IMG/VR virus record: IMGVR_UViG_3300037067_004615
DNA length: 56,547 nucleotides
Strand: one strand, 5' to 3'
DNA from: an uncultured virus (IMG/VR IMGVR_UViG_3300037067_004615)
Taxonomy: Duplodnaviria; Heunggongvirae; Uroviricota; Caudoviricetes
Positions 19,947-29,758 of the stretch are shown here, piece by piece. Every line of letters begins with the position of its first letter. Position 1 is the stretch's first letter. The notes beneath the pieces are model-generated. The model was given only the letters and a program-made list of their open reading frames with translations. It was not told where the DNA came from and made no database searches. The position numbers and the translations under genes were made by a program.

Positions 19947-20657
19947 ATGCTTCATTCGATAACATTATTAGTGCCAACGTTAAATGAGTTAAACGGTCTT
20001 AAAACTATTATGCCACAAGTCAAAAAAGAATGGGTCGATCAGATTCTTATACTTGATGGCGGTTCAACAGATGGTTCAATCGAATATTGTAAACAACAAG
20101 AATACGATATTTACGTTCAGAAAAAAAGTGGAATGTGGAACGCATATCGTGAAGTCTACTTGTCTGGCAAAGTTAAGGGCGATGTTATTGTAACTTTTAG
20201 CCCTGATGGGAATTCAGTACCAGAATCCATACCATCACTCGCTCGTAAGATAATTGGTGGGTATGATATGGTAATAGGGTCACGTTATTTACATGGTCAT
20301 ATTAGTCCAGATGATACTAAACTAACTAAAATTGGGAACAGAATACTCACATGGTTGTGCAACTTATCGGGTGGGTATGAATATACAGATGCGCTTGTAA
20401 TGTTAAGAGCGTATAATAAATCAGTTGTTCAAGACTTGGGTTTCTTAGATAAACCGAATTGGTTACAACAATGTTTAATCCATATGAGTCCTCTTTATGG
20501 GTGGGAAAGTTCAATGTCTATTCGTGCTAATAAAGCACACTTATTGGTAGGCGAAGAATATTTTATAGAACCGAAGGCTTTCCGTAAAAGAAGGCAGAAT
20601 ACTTTTGTACATGGATTTGTAGTTTTGACGCAAATTTTACACGAATTAGTTCGATAA
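19947..20657 (+). CDS. GT2 glycosyltransferase, polyprenol-phosphate sugar synthase (DPM1/GtrB-like)
   Basis: VPTLNE, ILDGGSTDGS, FSPDGNS, YDMVIGSRY. Confidence 0.85.
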   Translation: MLHSITLLVPTLNELNGLKTIMPQVKKEWVDQILILDGGSTDGSIEYCKQQEYDIYVQKKSGMWNAYREVYLSGKVKGDVIVTFSPDGNSVPESIPSLARKIIGGYDMVIGSRYLHGHISPDDTKLTKIGNRILTWLCNLSGGYEYTDALVMLRAYNKSVVQDLGFLDKPNWLQQCLIHMSPLYGWESSMSIRANKAHLLVGEEYFIEPKAFRKRRQNTFVHGFVVLTQILHELVR

Positions 20658-20669
20658 GGTGGTGATATT

Positions 20670-22523
20670 TTGAAATTAGCTGACTATTTACTTGAACGGT
20701 TAAAAGATCATGGCATAACTCAGGTTTTTCAGGTTTATGGAGCCGCAACTGGCGATATTGTTGATGCATTTAGCAGGGTCAAGGATATACAATACATTTG
20801 CCCCATTCACGAGCAAGCCGGTAGTTTTATGGTTGAAACAATCGCTAAAGTTACTGGTAGAATCCAATGTTTTATGGCAACATCAGGGCCTGGTGGAATT
20901 AATACGCTTGATGGTATTGCCAACTGTTATTATGATTCGACACCAGCATTATTCATTACTGGTCAAATAAACTCACGATTTATGCGAAAAACTGAAGGTC
21001 AAAGACAGATTGGGTTTCAGGAAAACGACATTGTAAACATGGCGAAACCCGTAACAAAGTACGCAGTAATGATAAAAGACCCACTTAAAATTAAGTACGA
21101 AATTGATAAAGCGATTTACATTGCTACACATGGTAGACAAGGTCCTGTATTATTGGATATTCCCACTGATTTACAAAAAATGGACATTGACATCGATAAG
21201 TTAGAATCGTACGAACCAACTGATGTTAAAGTTGAACCTAATTGGTATAAAAAAGAATCTATACAATTAACCGTGCAAGCCTTAAAAGAGTCAAAACGTC
21301 CTGTTTTGTTAATCGGTGGTGGGATTCATTGGGCAAATGCACAGGAATTAGCAAGGCAATTAGGTATCAGGTTGGGTATTCCATGTATTCCAACATGGAA
21401 CGCAACTGATATATTTACATCCGACTATCCATTGTACGCAGGAAGAATAGGAACTTTTGCAGGGCCGGGAAGAAACTTCTGTGTGCAAAATTCAGACTTA
21501 CTTTTAGCAATCGGAACTAGAATTTCAGGTAGAATTACTGGCGGGCAAGTTGCTTTATTCGCACGAGAAGCAAAAAAAATCATCGTTGACATTGATGCCG
21601 ATATGCTTGACAAGGAAACGCAAGAAGTTAAAGGCGATATGAATGTATGTATGAACGGTCATGTGTTCATTAAAGAACTACTTAATGCTTTACGTGAAGT
21701 TGAGCTACCCGATTGGAGTAAATGGTTAGAACAATCAATCGAATGGCGTAATAAATACCAACCCGTTTTGCCTGAATATTATAGTTATGAACATGTCCAT
21801 CCGTATGCTTTTATACGTGAACTTTCCAAACAATGCCAATCAGGTGACGTTATCGTAACAGATTCGGGTGGGAATTGTGTAGTAACTTTCCAATGCTTTG
21901 AAACAAAATACGGACAGAGGTTATTATCATCAAATGGGAACTCTACTATGGGTTATTCCTTTGCTGGTGCTATGGGACTTTGTTTTTTGCCAGAGTATCT
22001 TGAAGAAAAGAAAGGGCGAGTAATTTGTATCATCGGTGACGGTGGTATGCAGATGAACATTCAAGAACTTCAAACACTTAAACACTACGGATTAAAGTTA
22101 AAGACGTTTGTTCTTAATAACCATTGTTATTCGATAACTACGCAATTTCAAAGGACTAACTATGGTGGAAGATTGTTAGCGAGTGGTCATGGTGATGTCT
22201 ATCAATCTGGTTATAGCGTGCCAGATTTTTACAAGGTCGCTAATGCATATGGGATTGAAGCAAAACGGATTAGCAATATGCAATATATTCAAAGAAAAAT
22301 ACAAGATGTGTTAGAGTATCCAGATGCGGTTGTTTGTGATGTTGATTGTGGCGATTATGCAATTTACGAACCTCGTATTTTCGGGTGGAAAACTCCAATC
22401 GAAGATTCAACGCCGTATCTCCTAAGAGATGAGTTTAAATCTAATATGATTATTAAACCTTATGTTGGTTGGGAAAATCCAGCTATGCCTGGAAACGGCG
22501 AAGTAGGGATGGGGTTAAGTTAA
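20670..22523 (+). CDS. ThDP-dependent enzyme, acetolactate synthase-like, probably sugar-tailoring
   Basis: HEQAG, TSGPG, ITGQ, GPVLLDIP, GDGGMQMNIQEL...NN. Confidence 0.9.
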   Translation: MKLADYLLERLKDHGITQVFQVYGAATGDIVDAFSRVKDIQYICPIHEQAGSFMVETIAKVTGRIQCFMATSGPGGINTLDGIANCYYDSTPALFITGQINSRFMRKTEGQRQIGFQENDIVNMAKPVTKYAVMIKDPLKIKYEIDKAIYIATHGRQGPVLLDIPTDLQKMDIDIDKLESYEPTDVKVEPNWYKKESIQLTVQALKESKRPVLLIGGGIHWANAQELARQLGIRLGIPCIPTWNATDIFTSDYPLYAGRIGTFAGPGRNFCVQNSDLLLAIGTRISGRITGGQVALFAREAKKIIVDIDADMLDKETQEVKGDMNVCMNGHVFIKELLNALREVELPDWSKWLEQSIEWRNKYQPVLPEYYSYEHVHPYAFIRELSKQCQSGDVIVTDSGGNCVVTFQCFETKYGQRLLSSNGNSTMGYSFAGAMGLCFLPEYLEEKKGRVICIIGDGGMQMNIQELQTLKHYGLKLKTFVLNNHCYSITTQFQRTNYGGRLLASGHGDVYQSGYSVPDFYKVANAYGIEAKRISNMQYIQRKIQDVLEYPDAVVCDVDCGDYAIYEPRIFGWKTPIEDSTPYLLRDEFKSNMIIKPYVGWENPAMPGNGEVGMGLS

Positions 22524-22563
22524 ATGTGGTACGTTTTTGTGATTAAAGATGAAGGATAATTAA

Positions 22564-23715
22564 TTGAAACATCTATCAGATATGTCTAAGTTACTCAATG
22601 GTCAAGTTATGTTCCAGTTACTTTCAAAAGCACAAGAAAAAGAAGCACAAGGCAAAAAGGTTTATCACCTAGAGATTGGCGAACCGTACTTTGATGCACC
22701 GAAAGAAGTTCGGAGTGCTGCGTGTCGGGCATTAAATGATGGTCATACTCATTATACAAACTCAATGGGAATACCTGAATTAAGAGATGTAATCACACAA
22801 TCAACTGAAACTAGTTTGGGTTTTAAACCTTATCGGGAACAAGTTGTAGTTTTGCCTGCTCATGCAATTATACTGTTCGCTATCCAATGCTTAGTTAATC
22901 AAGGTGAAGAAGTTATCTATCCAGACCCTTCATTCCCGTCATACTTATCATCCATTAAATTAGTAGGCGCAAAACCAGTTCCAGTTCAATTAAAAGAAGA
23001 AAATGGTTTTAAGTTGCAAGCGGATGATGTCGAAAAATTAATCACTGATAAAACACGCTTAATAATTATAAACTCACCGTCTAATCCGACAGGTGCAGTG
23101 ATGGACTTTCATAATGTTTTCAAGATTGCAGAATTAGCATGGCGAAAAGATATCTATGTATTAACGGACGAAACCCATTCAAAAATAATGTATAGTGGTA
23201 TGCACTATTCTGTATCAACAGTGGATAAATGCTTAGATCGGTCAATCATATTAAATAGTTTATCAAAGACTTACGCTATGACCGGATTTAGATTGGGTTA
23301 CGCTGTCGCACCTATCGATGTTGCAGAAAAACTTGGTCTTATGGTTCAATCAACTATATCGTGTGTTCCACACTTTATTCAAGACGCTGGCGTAGTTGCC
23401 TTACAAAAGTGTAGTGACTATAATCGAAGTATTGTAGAACGGTTACGAGTTCAAAGGGATTGGGTAGTCAAAGAATTAAATGATATAGGATTAACATGTA
23501 AAGTTCCAGATGGTTCATTCTTTGTTATGCCGAACATATCTAAAACTGGAATGACAAGCCAACAATTTGCAGACTTTATGTTAGATAAAGGTGTAGTTTT
23601 AATTGCAGGGACAGAGTTCGGTCAATACGGTGAAGGATATGTGCGAATTAGTTATGCATCAAAGCATGAGAATTTAAAAGGGGCTTTAAATATAATGAAA
23701 GAGGTTTTGAAATGA
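22564..23715 (+). CDS. PLP-dependent class I/II aminotransferase
   Basis: NSPSNPTG, DETH, SLSKTYAMTGFRLGY, YVRISYA. Confidence 0.9.
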   Translation: MKHLSDMSKLLNGQVMFQLLSKAQEKEAQGKKVYHLEIGEPYFDAPKEVRSAACRALNDGHTHYTNSMGIPELRDVITQSTETSLGFKPYREQVVVLPAHAIILFAIQCLVNQGEEVIYPDPSFPSYLSSIKLVGAKPVPVQLKEENGFKLQADDVEKLITDKTRLIIINSPSNPTGAVMDFHNVFKIAELAWRKDIYVLTDETHSKIMYSGMHYSVSTVDKCLDRSIILNSLSKTYAMTGFRLGYAVAPIDVAEKLGLMVQSTISCVPHFIQDAGVVALQKCSDYNRSIVERLRVQRDWVVKELNDIGLTCKVPDGSFFVMPNISKTGMTSQQFADFMLDKGVVLIAGTEFGQYGEGYVRISYASKHENLKGALNIMKEVLK

Positions 23716-23993
23716 AAATCGAATTAACAGACAAAGAGATTCAACGGATTGGTAGTGGACGATATCTAACCCCCAGTAGAAGTAATATAGTCTCAGTTAT
23801 ATTAATTGTTTTATGTTTATTGGGTGTTGGTAGTGTGTTCGTTATTAAAGATATGGGTCGCATTATTAATGATATAGTTTTTGTGTCGTTTGTACTTGTT
23901 GGATTTTTACAGTTCTTCTACGTTGCCTTCTATAAGGCCGAAAAAGAAGGTAAAAAGTTCTTAGAACAATGTAAGAAAGAGAGGGAGATTTAA
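23712..23993 (+). CDS. two-TM membrane protein
   Basis: ATGA overlap; two hydrophobic helices. Confidence 0.6.
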   Translation: MKIELTDKEIQRIGSGRYLTPSRSNIVSVILIVLCLLGVGSVFVIKDMGRIINDIVFVSFVLVGFLQFFYVAFYKAEKEGKKFLEQCKKEREI

Positions 23994-23995
23994 CC

Positions 23996-25126
23996 TTGTC
24001 TGAGCTTCAAGAGTGGAAACCCGAAAACCAATTCTCAAGTTTTAATAGTTGGAAAGGGATGGCGTACCATCATCAATATCAACAAATTATGGATTGGATG
24101 GATGGTAAGTCTAATTATCTCCCACCACCTAGGGAATGTAATCTTGACCCTTACGCTGAATGTAACGCTCGATGCTCGTTCTGTAACTCACAAAGATATT
24201 TGCGTAATCATCGGCAAGAAGTTGGCGAAATGCGTAAACTCCCAACTGATTATTGTCTTAAACTCGTGGACTTTTTAGCGGATTGGGGGACAAGTTTGTG
24301 CATTTCTGGCGGGGGCGACCCAAGTTTACATGATGGTATACCTAAAGTATTAAATTATGCGAAAGAAAAAGGCGTACAAACATCTTTTGTAACTAATGCG
24401 ATAAAAATATCGATGGAATTGGGTGAAAGTTTAATGTCTTGTCAGTGGGTTGCTATGTCGGTAGATGCTTCTAATATTAAAGACTATCGCAAAATAAAAG
24501 GTGTAGATAAATTTGCAGATGTTTGTAATAATATTTTGAACCTTACGAGATTAAGAGATGCAGTTCATTCTAAAGTAGACCTCGCATTTAAAATGTTAGT
24601 TCTTGAAGATAATTATACTACAATATTTGATGCTTGTAAGTTAGCTAAAGAATTAGGTGTCGGAACAATGCAAATTAGACCTTGTAACTATGAGCGTGAA
24701 GATATTGAAGGACACAAACCATTAAAGATAGATATAGATGTAGTTAAAGAACAATTTATAAAATGCCACGAGATTGAAACGCCGGAATTTAAAGTCTTTA
24801 CAACAGTCCATAAATACTCAGACGATTTTCATGTGGTTCAGAATTTTAAAAGGTGCTTATCTACTCCGCTTCTTTTACCTCTATTAACCGATGGTTGGGT
24901 CTATTGTTGCGTAGATCACAAATTAAAGTCAAGATTTAAAATGTTTAACGCTTATCCCGATGTAAATAAGATAAAGGAATTTTGGGGTAGTAACGAGCAT
25001 AGGGATTTTCTTAAAACGATTAACCCGAAAACACTTTGCCATGATGTACGTTGCACAACACAAAAATATAATGAGCAAATTGAGCATACCGTAATAAATG
25101 ATGAGTGCTATTTAAGTTTTCCTTAA
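23996..25126 (+). CDS. radical SAM protein with SPASM/twitch-like C-terminus
   Basis: CNARCSFC, ISGGGDP, C...DGWVYCC...C...C. Confidence 0.85.
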   Translation: MSELQEWKPENQFSSFNSWKGMAYHHQYQQIMDWMDGKSNYLPPPRECNLDPYAECNARCSFCNSQRYLRNHRQEVGEMRKLPTDYCLKLVDFLADWGTSLCISGGGDPSLHDGIPKVLNYAKEKGVQTSFVTNAIKISMELGESLMSCQWVAMSVDASNIKDYRKIKGVDKFADVCNNILNLTRLRDAVHSKVDLAFKMLVLEDNYTTIFDACKLAKELGVGTMQIRPCNYEREDIEGHKPLKIDIDVVKEQFIKCHEIETPEFKVFTTVHKYSDDFHVVQNFKRCLSTPLLLPLLTDGWVYCCVDHKLKSRFKMFNAYPDVNKIKEFWGSNEHRDFLKTINPKTLCHDVRCTTQKYNEQIEHTVINDECYLSFP

Positions 25127-25134
25127 AACAGGTG

Positions 25135-25163
25135 TTGATTTATTGATTGGCGTATGGTATAAT
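25135..25163 (+). promoter_or_regulatory. sigma70-type promoter
   Basis: TTGATT-17-TATAAT with TG; begins TTGATTTATTGATT. Confidence 0.8.
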
Positions 25164-25187
25164 TAATGTAACTTAATATAGTGAGGT

Positions 25188-26183
25188 GTGGTACTGATTA
25201 TATCTAAAACAGCAGTACGTATAGGTATCGCAGGTGGTGGGTCGGATTATCCTGAATTTTATATCCAAAATTCAGGTGCAGTTATCACTTCAACAATCAA
25301 TAAATATAGTTATATATTCCTCAGGTATCTTCCCCCATTTTTTGAACATAAAAACCGCATTGTCTACTCTAAAATAGAACTTCCTCAAACATTTGATGAA
25401 ATAAATCATCCTTCTGCCAGAGAATGTCTTAAGTTCCTCAATATTGATAGGGGAGTTGAAATTCACCACGCTGGCGACTTGCCTGCACGTTCTGGCATAG
25501 GTTCATCATCTGCATTTACAGTAGGGCTTCTACACGCATTACACACACTTAAGGGGCAACATATTGATAAGTACGAACTTGCGTTAGAGGCTATCCATGT
25601 AGAACAAGACCTTATAAAAGAGCACGTTGGTTGTCAAGACCAACTGAGTACAAGTATTGGCGGCTTTAATTACATTAAATTGGGCAATCACGCACCAATA
25701 GTTAAGACATTAAATATATCAGAAGATAGAATTAAGTTATTAGAGTCTTGTCTTATGCTTGTATTTACGGGCTTCCCTCATATGGCCTCAGAAATAGCTA
25801 AAACCTACAATTTCAAAGAGCGTGAGGCTGAAATTAAAGAGATTATGGGCTATACCAAAGATGTTTACGATATCTTAACGTGTGGCAATATCTTGGATTA
25901 TGGAAAGATTTTGCATCAAACATGGACACTTAAAAAGAGAGTTTCTACTAAAATATCTACTCCGTACATAGACTTTATATATAATGAAGCTCTTAGACTA
26001 GGTGCAATCGGTGGTAGACAGTTGGGTGCTGGCGGTGGCGGATTCTTTGTATTATTCTGTGAACCAGACAAACAGATTATGTTGCGGAATAGTGATACCT
26101 TTAAGAATATGCTATTTGTACCTTTCTCATTTGAGCGAAATGATAAGTGTGGTAGTAGAATAGTAAGCTCTAACGGAGAATAG
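25188..26183 (+). CDS. hddA: GHMP sugar kinase, D-glycero-D-manno-heptose-7-phosphate kinase-like
   Basis: RIGIAGGGSD, DLPARSGIGSSS, VGCQDQ, LGAGGGGF. Confidence 0.8.
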   Translation: MVLIISKTAVRIGIAGGGSDYPEFYIQNSGAVITSTINKYSYIFLRYLPPFFEHKNRIVYSKIELPQTFDEINHPSARECLKFLNIDRGVEIHHAGDLPARSGIGSSSAFTVGLLHALHTLKGQHIDKYELALEAIHVEQDLIKEHVGCQDQLSTSIGGFNYIKLGNHAPIVKTLNISEDRIKLLESCLMLVFTGFPHMASEIAKTYNFKEREAEIKEIMGYTKDVYDILTCGNILDYGKILHQTWTLKKRVSTKISTPYIDFIYNEALRLGAIGGRQLGAGGGGFFVLFCEPDKQIMLRNSDTFKNMLFVPFSFERNDKCGSRIVSSNGE

Positions 26184-26184
26184 A

Positions 26185-26970
26185 TTGGAAACATATTGGG
26201 TAGATATCGATAAAACCATCTTCCGTACAATCGGGACTGATTATGAACATTCTATTCCTATTAGTGAGGCAATAGAAGAAGTAAATAGGCTCTATGATGA
26301 AGGGAATACTATTGTTATATGGACAGGGCGTGGCTCTAGAAGCGGTAAGGGCTGTTTTGATTTGACTAAAAGACAGTTATACTCTAACGGTGTGAAATAT
26401 TCAGAACTGAGGTTTGATAAAAAGCCGGATGTTATTATAGACGATATCGCAGTATCTATGGAAGATTGGTTATTCAAAAAAGATAATAAAGTTCGATTAC
26501 TAGCTGGTGTTATTTCAGATGCTTGTAAATATAAGTCAAAAGTATTGGTTGCGGGAAACGGCGGTTTGTGTGCTGAGGCGAGTCATTTTGCGGCGGAATT
26601 AGTCGGGAAGTACGCCTTTGACTTGTATATTCCTTGCGTATCTTTAGGTGATTGTGCACCATTAGTTACAGCGATTGCTAATGATTTTACGTATAATGAT
26701 ATATTCTCACATCAAGTAAATGTACTTGGAAATCTGAATGACGTATTTATTGGTATGACGACATCCCGTTCACCCAACATAGTTAAAGCGTTAGAGGCCG
26801 CACGTAAAAAAGGTTTAATCACAGTTGTTATTTGTTCGACTAAATATACAGAGTTTATTGCGGATTATGTATTTCCAATGTGCGGAAACGATACGGCTGA
26901 AGTTCAAGAGAATACATTGAAATTCTTACATAGGGTTGCTTATAAATCTAAGGAGATGTTGGTAAAATGA
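26185..26970 (+). CDS. gmhA: fusion of a HAD phosphatase domain and a SIS phosphoheptose isomerase (GmhA-like) domain
   Basis: VDIDKTI, IWTGRG, KPDVIIDD; then AGNGG, HFAAEL, TAIAND, TTSRSPNI, VQE. Confidence 0.75.
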   Translation: METYWVDIDKTIFRTIGTDYEHSIPISEAIEEVNRLYDEGNTIVIWTGRGSRSGKGCFDLTKRQLYSNGVKYSELRFDKKPDVIIDDIAVSMEDWLFKKDNKVRLLAGVISDACKYKSKVLVAGNGGLCAEASHFAAELVGKYAFDLYIPCVSLGDCAPLVTAIANDFTYNDIFSHQVNVLGNLNDVFIGMTTSRSPNIVKALEAARKKGLITVVICSTKYTEFIADYVFPMCGNDTAEVQENTLKFLHRVAYKSKEMLVK

Positions 26971-27236
26971 GAGAGTTGCTATTATTAAAAATGGCAGTCC
27001 CCCATATGACACAGATTCAAAAGGATGGGTTAAAAGAAAAAACACTAGAGTCTATCAATGTTGAGTCTATTAAGTGCCATAAAAGGGGAATGACACTCGA
27101 ACAAATTCTTGCACCATCTTATAAAAATAAAGACTTCATGTTTATTCTGAACGAATTAGGGATTGACAAAGATAAATTAAGCGAAATAGTCAAGCAGTTT
27201 ATCAGCGAATACGAACATGCAAATCGTTCAAATTAG
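26967..27236 (+). CDS. hypothetical protein
   Basis: ATGA overlap; AAGGAG upstream. Confidence 0.6.
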   Translation: MRELLLLKMAVPHMTQIQKDGLKEKTLESINVESIKCHKRGMTLEQILAPSYKNKDFMFILNELGIDKDKLSEIVKQFISEYEHANRSN

Positions 27237-27248
27237 GAGTGAATTTAA

Positions 27249-27542
27249 ATGTTAAAAGAGATTAAAGATTCATTTTTAAAAAGTTTACCATTCGGTAGTA
27301 AAGAACAAATGTGGGAACGATATAACGACTACATTAATAGTTTAAGTCAAGAGGACTTTGATTTTAAAATTAACGATATTATTAAAATGATGAACTATGG
27401 TGGAAAATCTGCAAGGCAATATGCTAATTCTCAAGAACATTTAGAAGTTGCTTTAAAAAGGTGGCCGAGACTTGCAACTCATAAAGATGAACTATTATTA
27501 TGGATTAAAGAATGTAGGTCAAACGCTGGATTAGAGATGTAA
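27249..27542 (+). CDS. hypothetical protein
   Basis: AGGAGTG SD. Confidence 0.6.
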   Translation: MLKEIKDSFLKSLPFGSKEQMWERYNDYINSLSQEDFDFKINDIIKMMNYGGKSARQYANSQEHLEVALKRWPRLATHKDELLLWIKECRSNAGLEM

Positions 27543-27543
27543 A

Positions 27544-27690
27544 ATGGATGATGGTTTAAACCATGAACGATTAGTTATCCATCGTGAGTTGCAATTGTTA
27601 AGAGCATATTCAACTCGTAATCGGAAATACGTTCTTGAAAGATTGAATAAATTAAATGATGTAACTGGTAAAAAGAGGTTAAATAAATAA
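27544..27690 (+). CDS. 48-aa hypothetical protein (not in ORF track)
   Basis: MDDGLNHERL...KKRLNK; fills the gap between neighbours exactly. Confidence 0.45.
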   Translation: MDDGLNHERLVIHRELQLLRAYSTRNRKYVLERLNKLNDVTGKKRLNK

Positions 27691-28944
27691 ATGTCAGTTG
27701 ATTATCTTCTTGTAAATCCGAATAATAAAATATTGTCACCTTATAGTGGGTCGGAACAACCGATCTTTGCGTCACTCTATGCTACTCAATTAAGAAATCA
27801 AGGTAAAGATGTAAAGATACTTGATGCGGAAGTGCTTGACTTATCAGTGAAAGAAACAGTCGAGGCTGTACGTAAAGAAAACCCGCAGCATTTAATTCTA
27901 TTTATGTTTGGGAATAATCCATCGGTTAGCAGCACTCCAAAGTTTAAAGTCACAAAAGAAGTTGTTGATTATTTAATTGGCGATTTAGATATTAAAGTAA
28001 CAGGTCTTCACACTACTGCGCTACCACAAAAATCGAAAGATGAGTTAGGCGTTGAAGTATTACGTGGGAAAATATTCGATGGTACACCCGATATGGCGTA
28101 TGATTTATTCCCGATGGATAAATACATTGCGCATAATTGGCATTGTCTTTCTGGTGATGCAAGACAACCTTACGCTGTAACATATTCGAGCCTTGGATGT
28201 GTTGGACAGTGTACATATTGCAATGTTAGTGCAATTTATGGATATCAACGTAAAGTATGGCACAGAGATATAGATAAATTCTTATCTGAAATTGACTTGC
28301 TTGTAAATAAATATCATGTCCGAAATATTAAATTGTGGGACGAACATTTCACAGTCAATCGGAAACGTGTAATAGAAATTTGTGACAAACTGATTGAACG
28401 TAAATATGACTTAAACATATGGGCGTATGCACGAGTGGATACAGTCGAACCAATTATGTTATATAAAATGTGCAAAGCTGGTATTAAATGGTTGGGCGTA
28501 GGGTTTGAAAGTGGTGACGATGAAGTCTTATCAGTTGTAAATAAAAGAGCGGATACTTTGCAAGCAAAAGAAGTTGTTGATATAATCCATAATGCTGGAA
28601 TAAGTGTTATGGGGAACTTTATATTATTCGATGGACAAACAAAAGAATCAATGCAAAAAACTATGGACTTTGCAAAAAGTTTAAATATTGAGTTCATTAA
28701 CCTATATGTCGGAGAAAACTTACCCGGAAGTGAACTATTTAAAGGTCAAACTAAATCATGGGAACAATACGGTCAATTTAGTCCGAACTTACCCAAAACA
28801 GAAGTGCGAGAATTTAGAGACAAGGCGTTCAATGATTACTTCTTAGACCCAAAGTATTTAGACAATATCAAACTAAAATTCGGGCAACAATCAGTCGATC
28901 AAGTTAAAGCGATGATTGCTTATGGTAAACCTCATACTAGGTAA
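27691..28944 (+). CDS. second B12-binding radical SAM enzyme
   Basis: B12-like N-terminus, SLGCVGQCTYC, WDEHF, WAYARVD, GFESG. Confidence 0.88.
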   Translation: MSVDYLLVNPNNKILSPYSGSEQPIFASLYATQLRNQGKDVKILDAEVLDLSVKETVEAVRKENPQHLILFMFGNNPSVSSTPKFKVTKEVVDYLIGDLDIKVTGLHTTALPQKSKDELGVEVLRGKIFDGTPDMAYDLFPMDKYIAHNWHCLSGDARQPYAVTYSSLGCVGQCTYCNVSAIYGYQRKVWHRDIDKFLSEIDLLVNKYHVRNIKLWDEHFTVNRKRVIEICDKLIERKYDLNIWAYARVDTVEPIMLYKMCKAGIKWLGVGFESGDDEVLSVVNKRADTLQAKEVVDIIHNAGISVMGNFILFDGQTKESMQKTMDFAKSLNIEFINLYVGENLPGSELFKGQTKSWEQYGQFSPNLPKTEVREFRDKAFNDYFLDPKYLDNIKLKFGQQSVDQVKAMIAYGKPHTR

Positions 28945-28948
28945 AGTT

Positions 28949-29167
28949 ATGAACGAAGAAGAATACCGTCAAAATTTAAGGTCGGAAATTAATCGTCGCA
29001 AAATTTTACATCAACATTACTCTGCGAATGATATCGCTAAGATAAAATTGAAGCGTAGACAAGAACTAGAAGGGAAAATCGCAGAGTCGAAAGAGGAACT
29101 CGACCAGATAAAACCTCAAGGAATTGTTAAGGGTTTAATAAATAGAATATGGCCTAGAAGGAGTTAG
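28949..29167 (+). CDS. coiled-coil hypothetical protein
   Basis: ATG 28949 just after upstream stop. Confidence 0.55.
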   Translation: MNEEEYRQNLRSEINRRKILHQHYSANDIAKIKLKRRQELEGKIAESKEELDQIKPQGIVKGLINRIWPRRS

Positions 29168-29285
29168 AGTATGCAACAAAAAAACATCAAGCAGAAACCC
29201 CTTTTCATCAAACGAAAACGTGATAGTGGGTGGGCGAACTGGATTAAAACAAGACATCATATTCGTAGGGACATGGTAAAGTAAC

Positions 29286-29702
29286 ATGAGAAAAACTAAA
29301 ATTTGGTTTGAAATAAAGTATAAAGTGAATAATAATGTAAATAGACTTCTGAAAGATCAGGATAGATATTCAGGGTCGCCATTACCATCTGAAAAGGATG
29401 TGTTTAAAACAGCACATTACTTAGCAATAAGTAAAGAATGCGCCGAACGGTGGGGTTGTAAAAAGTTCGGGAAAATTTATGGAGTAGAAAAAGTATCAAT
29501 TGACGACCTTTATAAAGATAAAGAAAACGAATACAACCGTATGATTTCAAAACAACAACCTTTAGGTTTAAAAATTGCAAAAGGTGTATATGAATCCGAT
29601 ATTGATTTGACAGAGATGCTATTGGGTAAACCGAAACGTGATACTCATGTAGTAAAAGTTGAAAAGAAAAATAAGTGGGATTTGATATCTGAAACGGAAT
29701 AG
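29286..29702 (+). CDS. hypothetical protein
   Basis: 138-aa ORF in operon context. Confidence 0.6.
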   Translation: MRKTKIWFEIKYKVNNNVNRLLKDQDRYSGSPLPSEKDVFKTAHYLAISKECAERWGCKKFGKIYGVEKVSIDDLYKDKENEYNRMISKQQPLGLKIAKGVYESDIDLTEMLLGKPKRDTHVVKVEKKNKWDLISETE

Positions 29703-29731
29703 TTGATATATGTATTGTTTTGTGGTAAAAT
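29703..29731 (+). promoter_or_regulatory. sigma70-type promoter
   Basis: TTGATA-17-TAAAAT with TG. Confidence 0.65.
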
Positions 29732-29758
29732 AAGTTTAAAGAAGTTTGGAGGATAGTT

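Noticed and set aside
20670..22523. ilvB for branched-chain amino acid synthesis
   Set aside because: No regulatory subunit or other ilv genes; neighbours are sugar enzymes, so no symbol assigned
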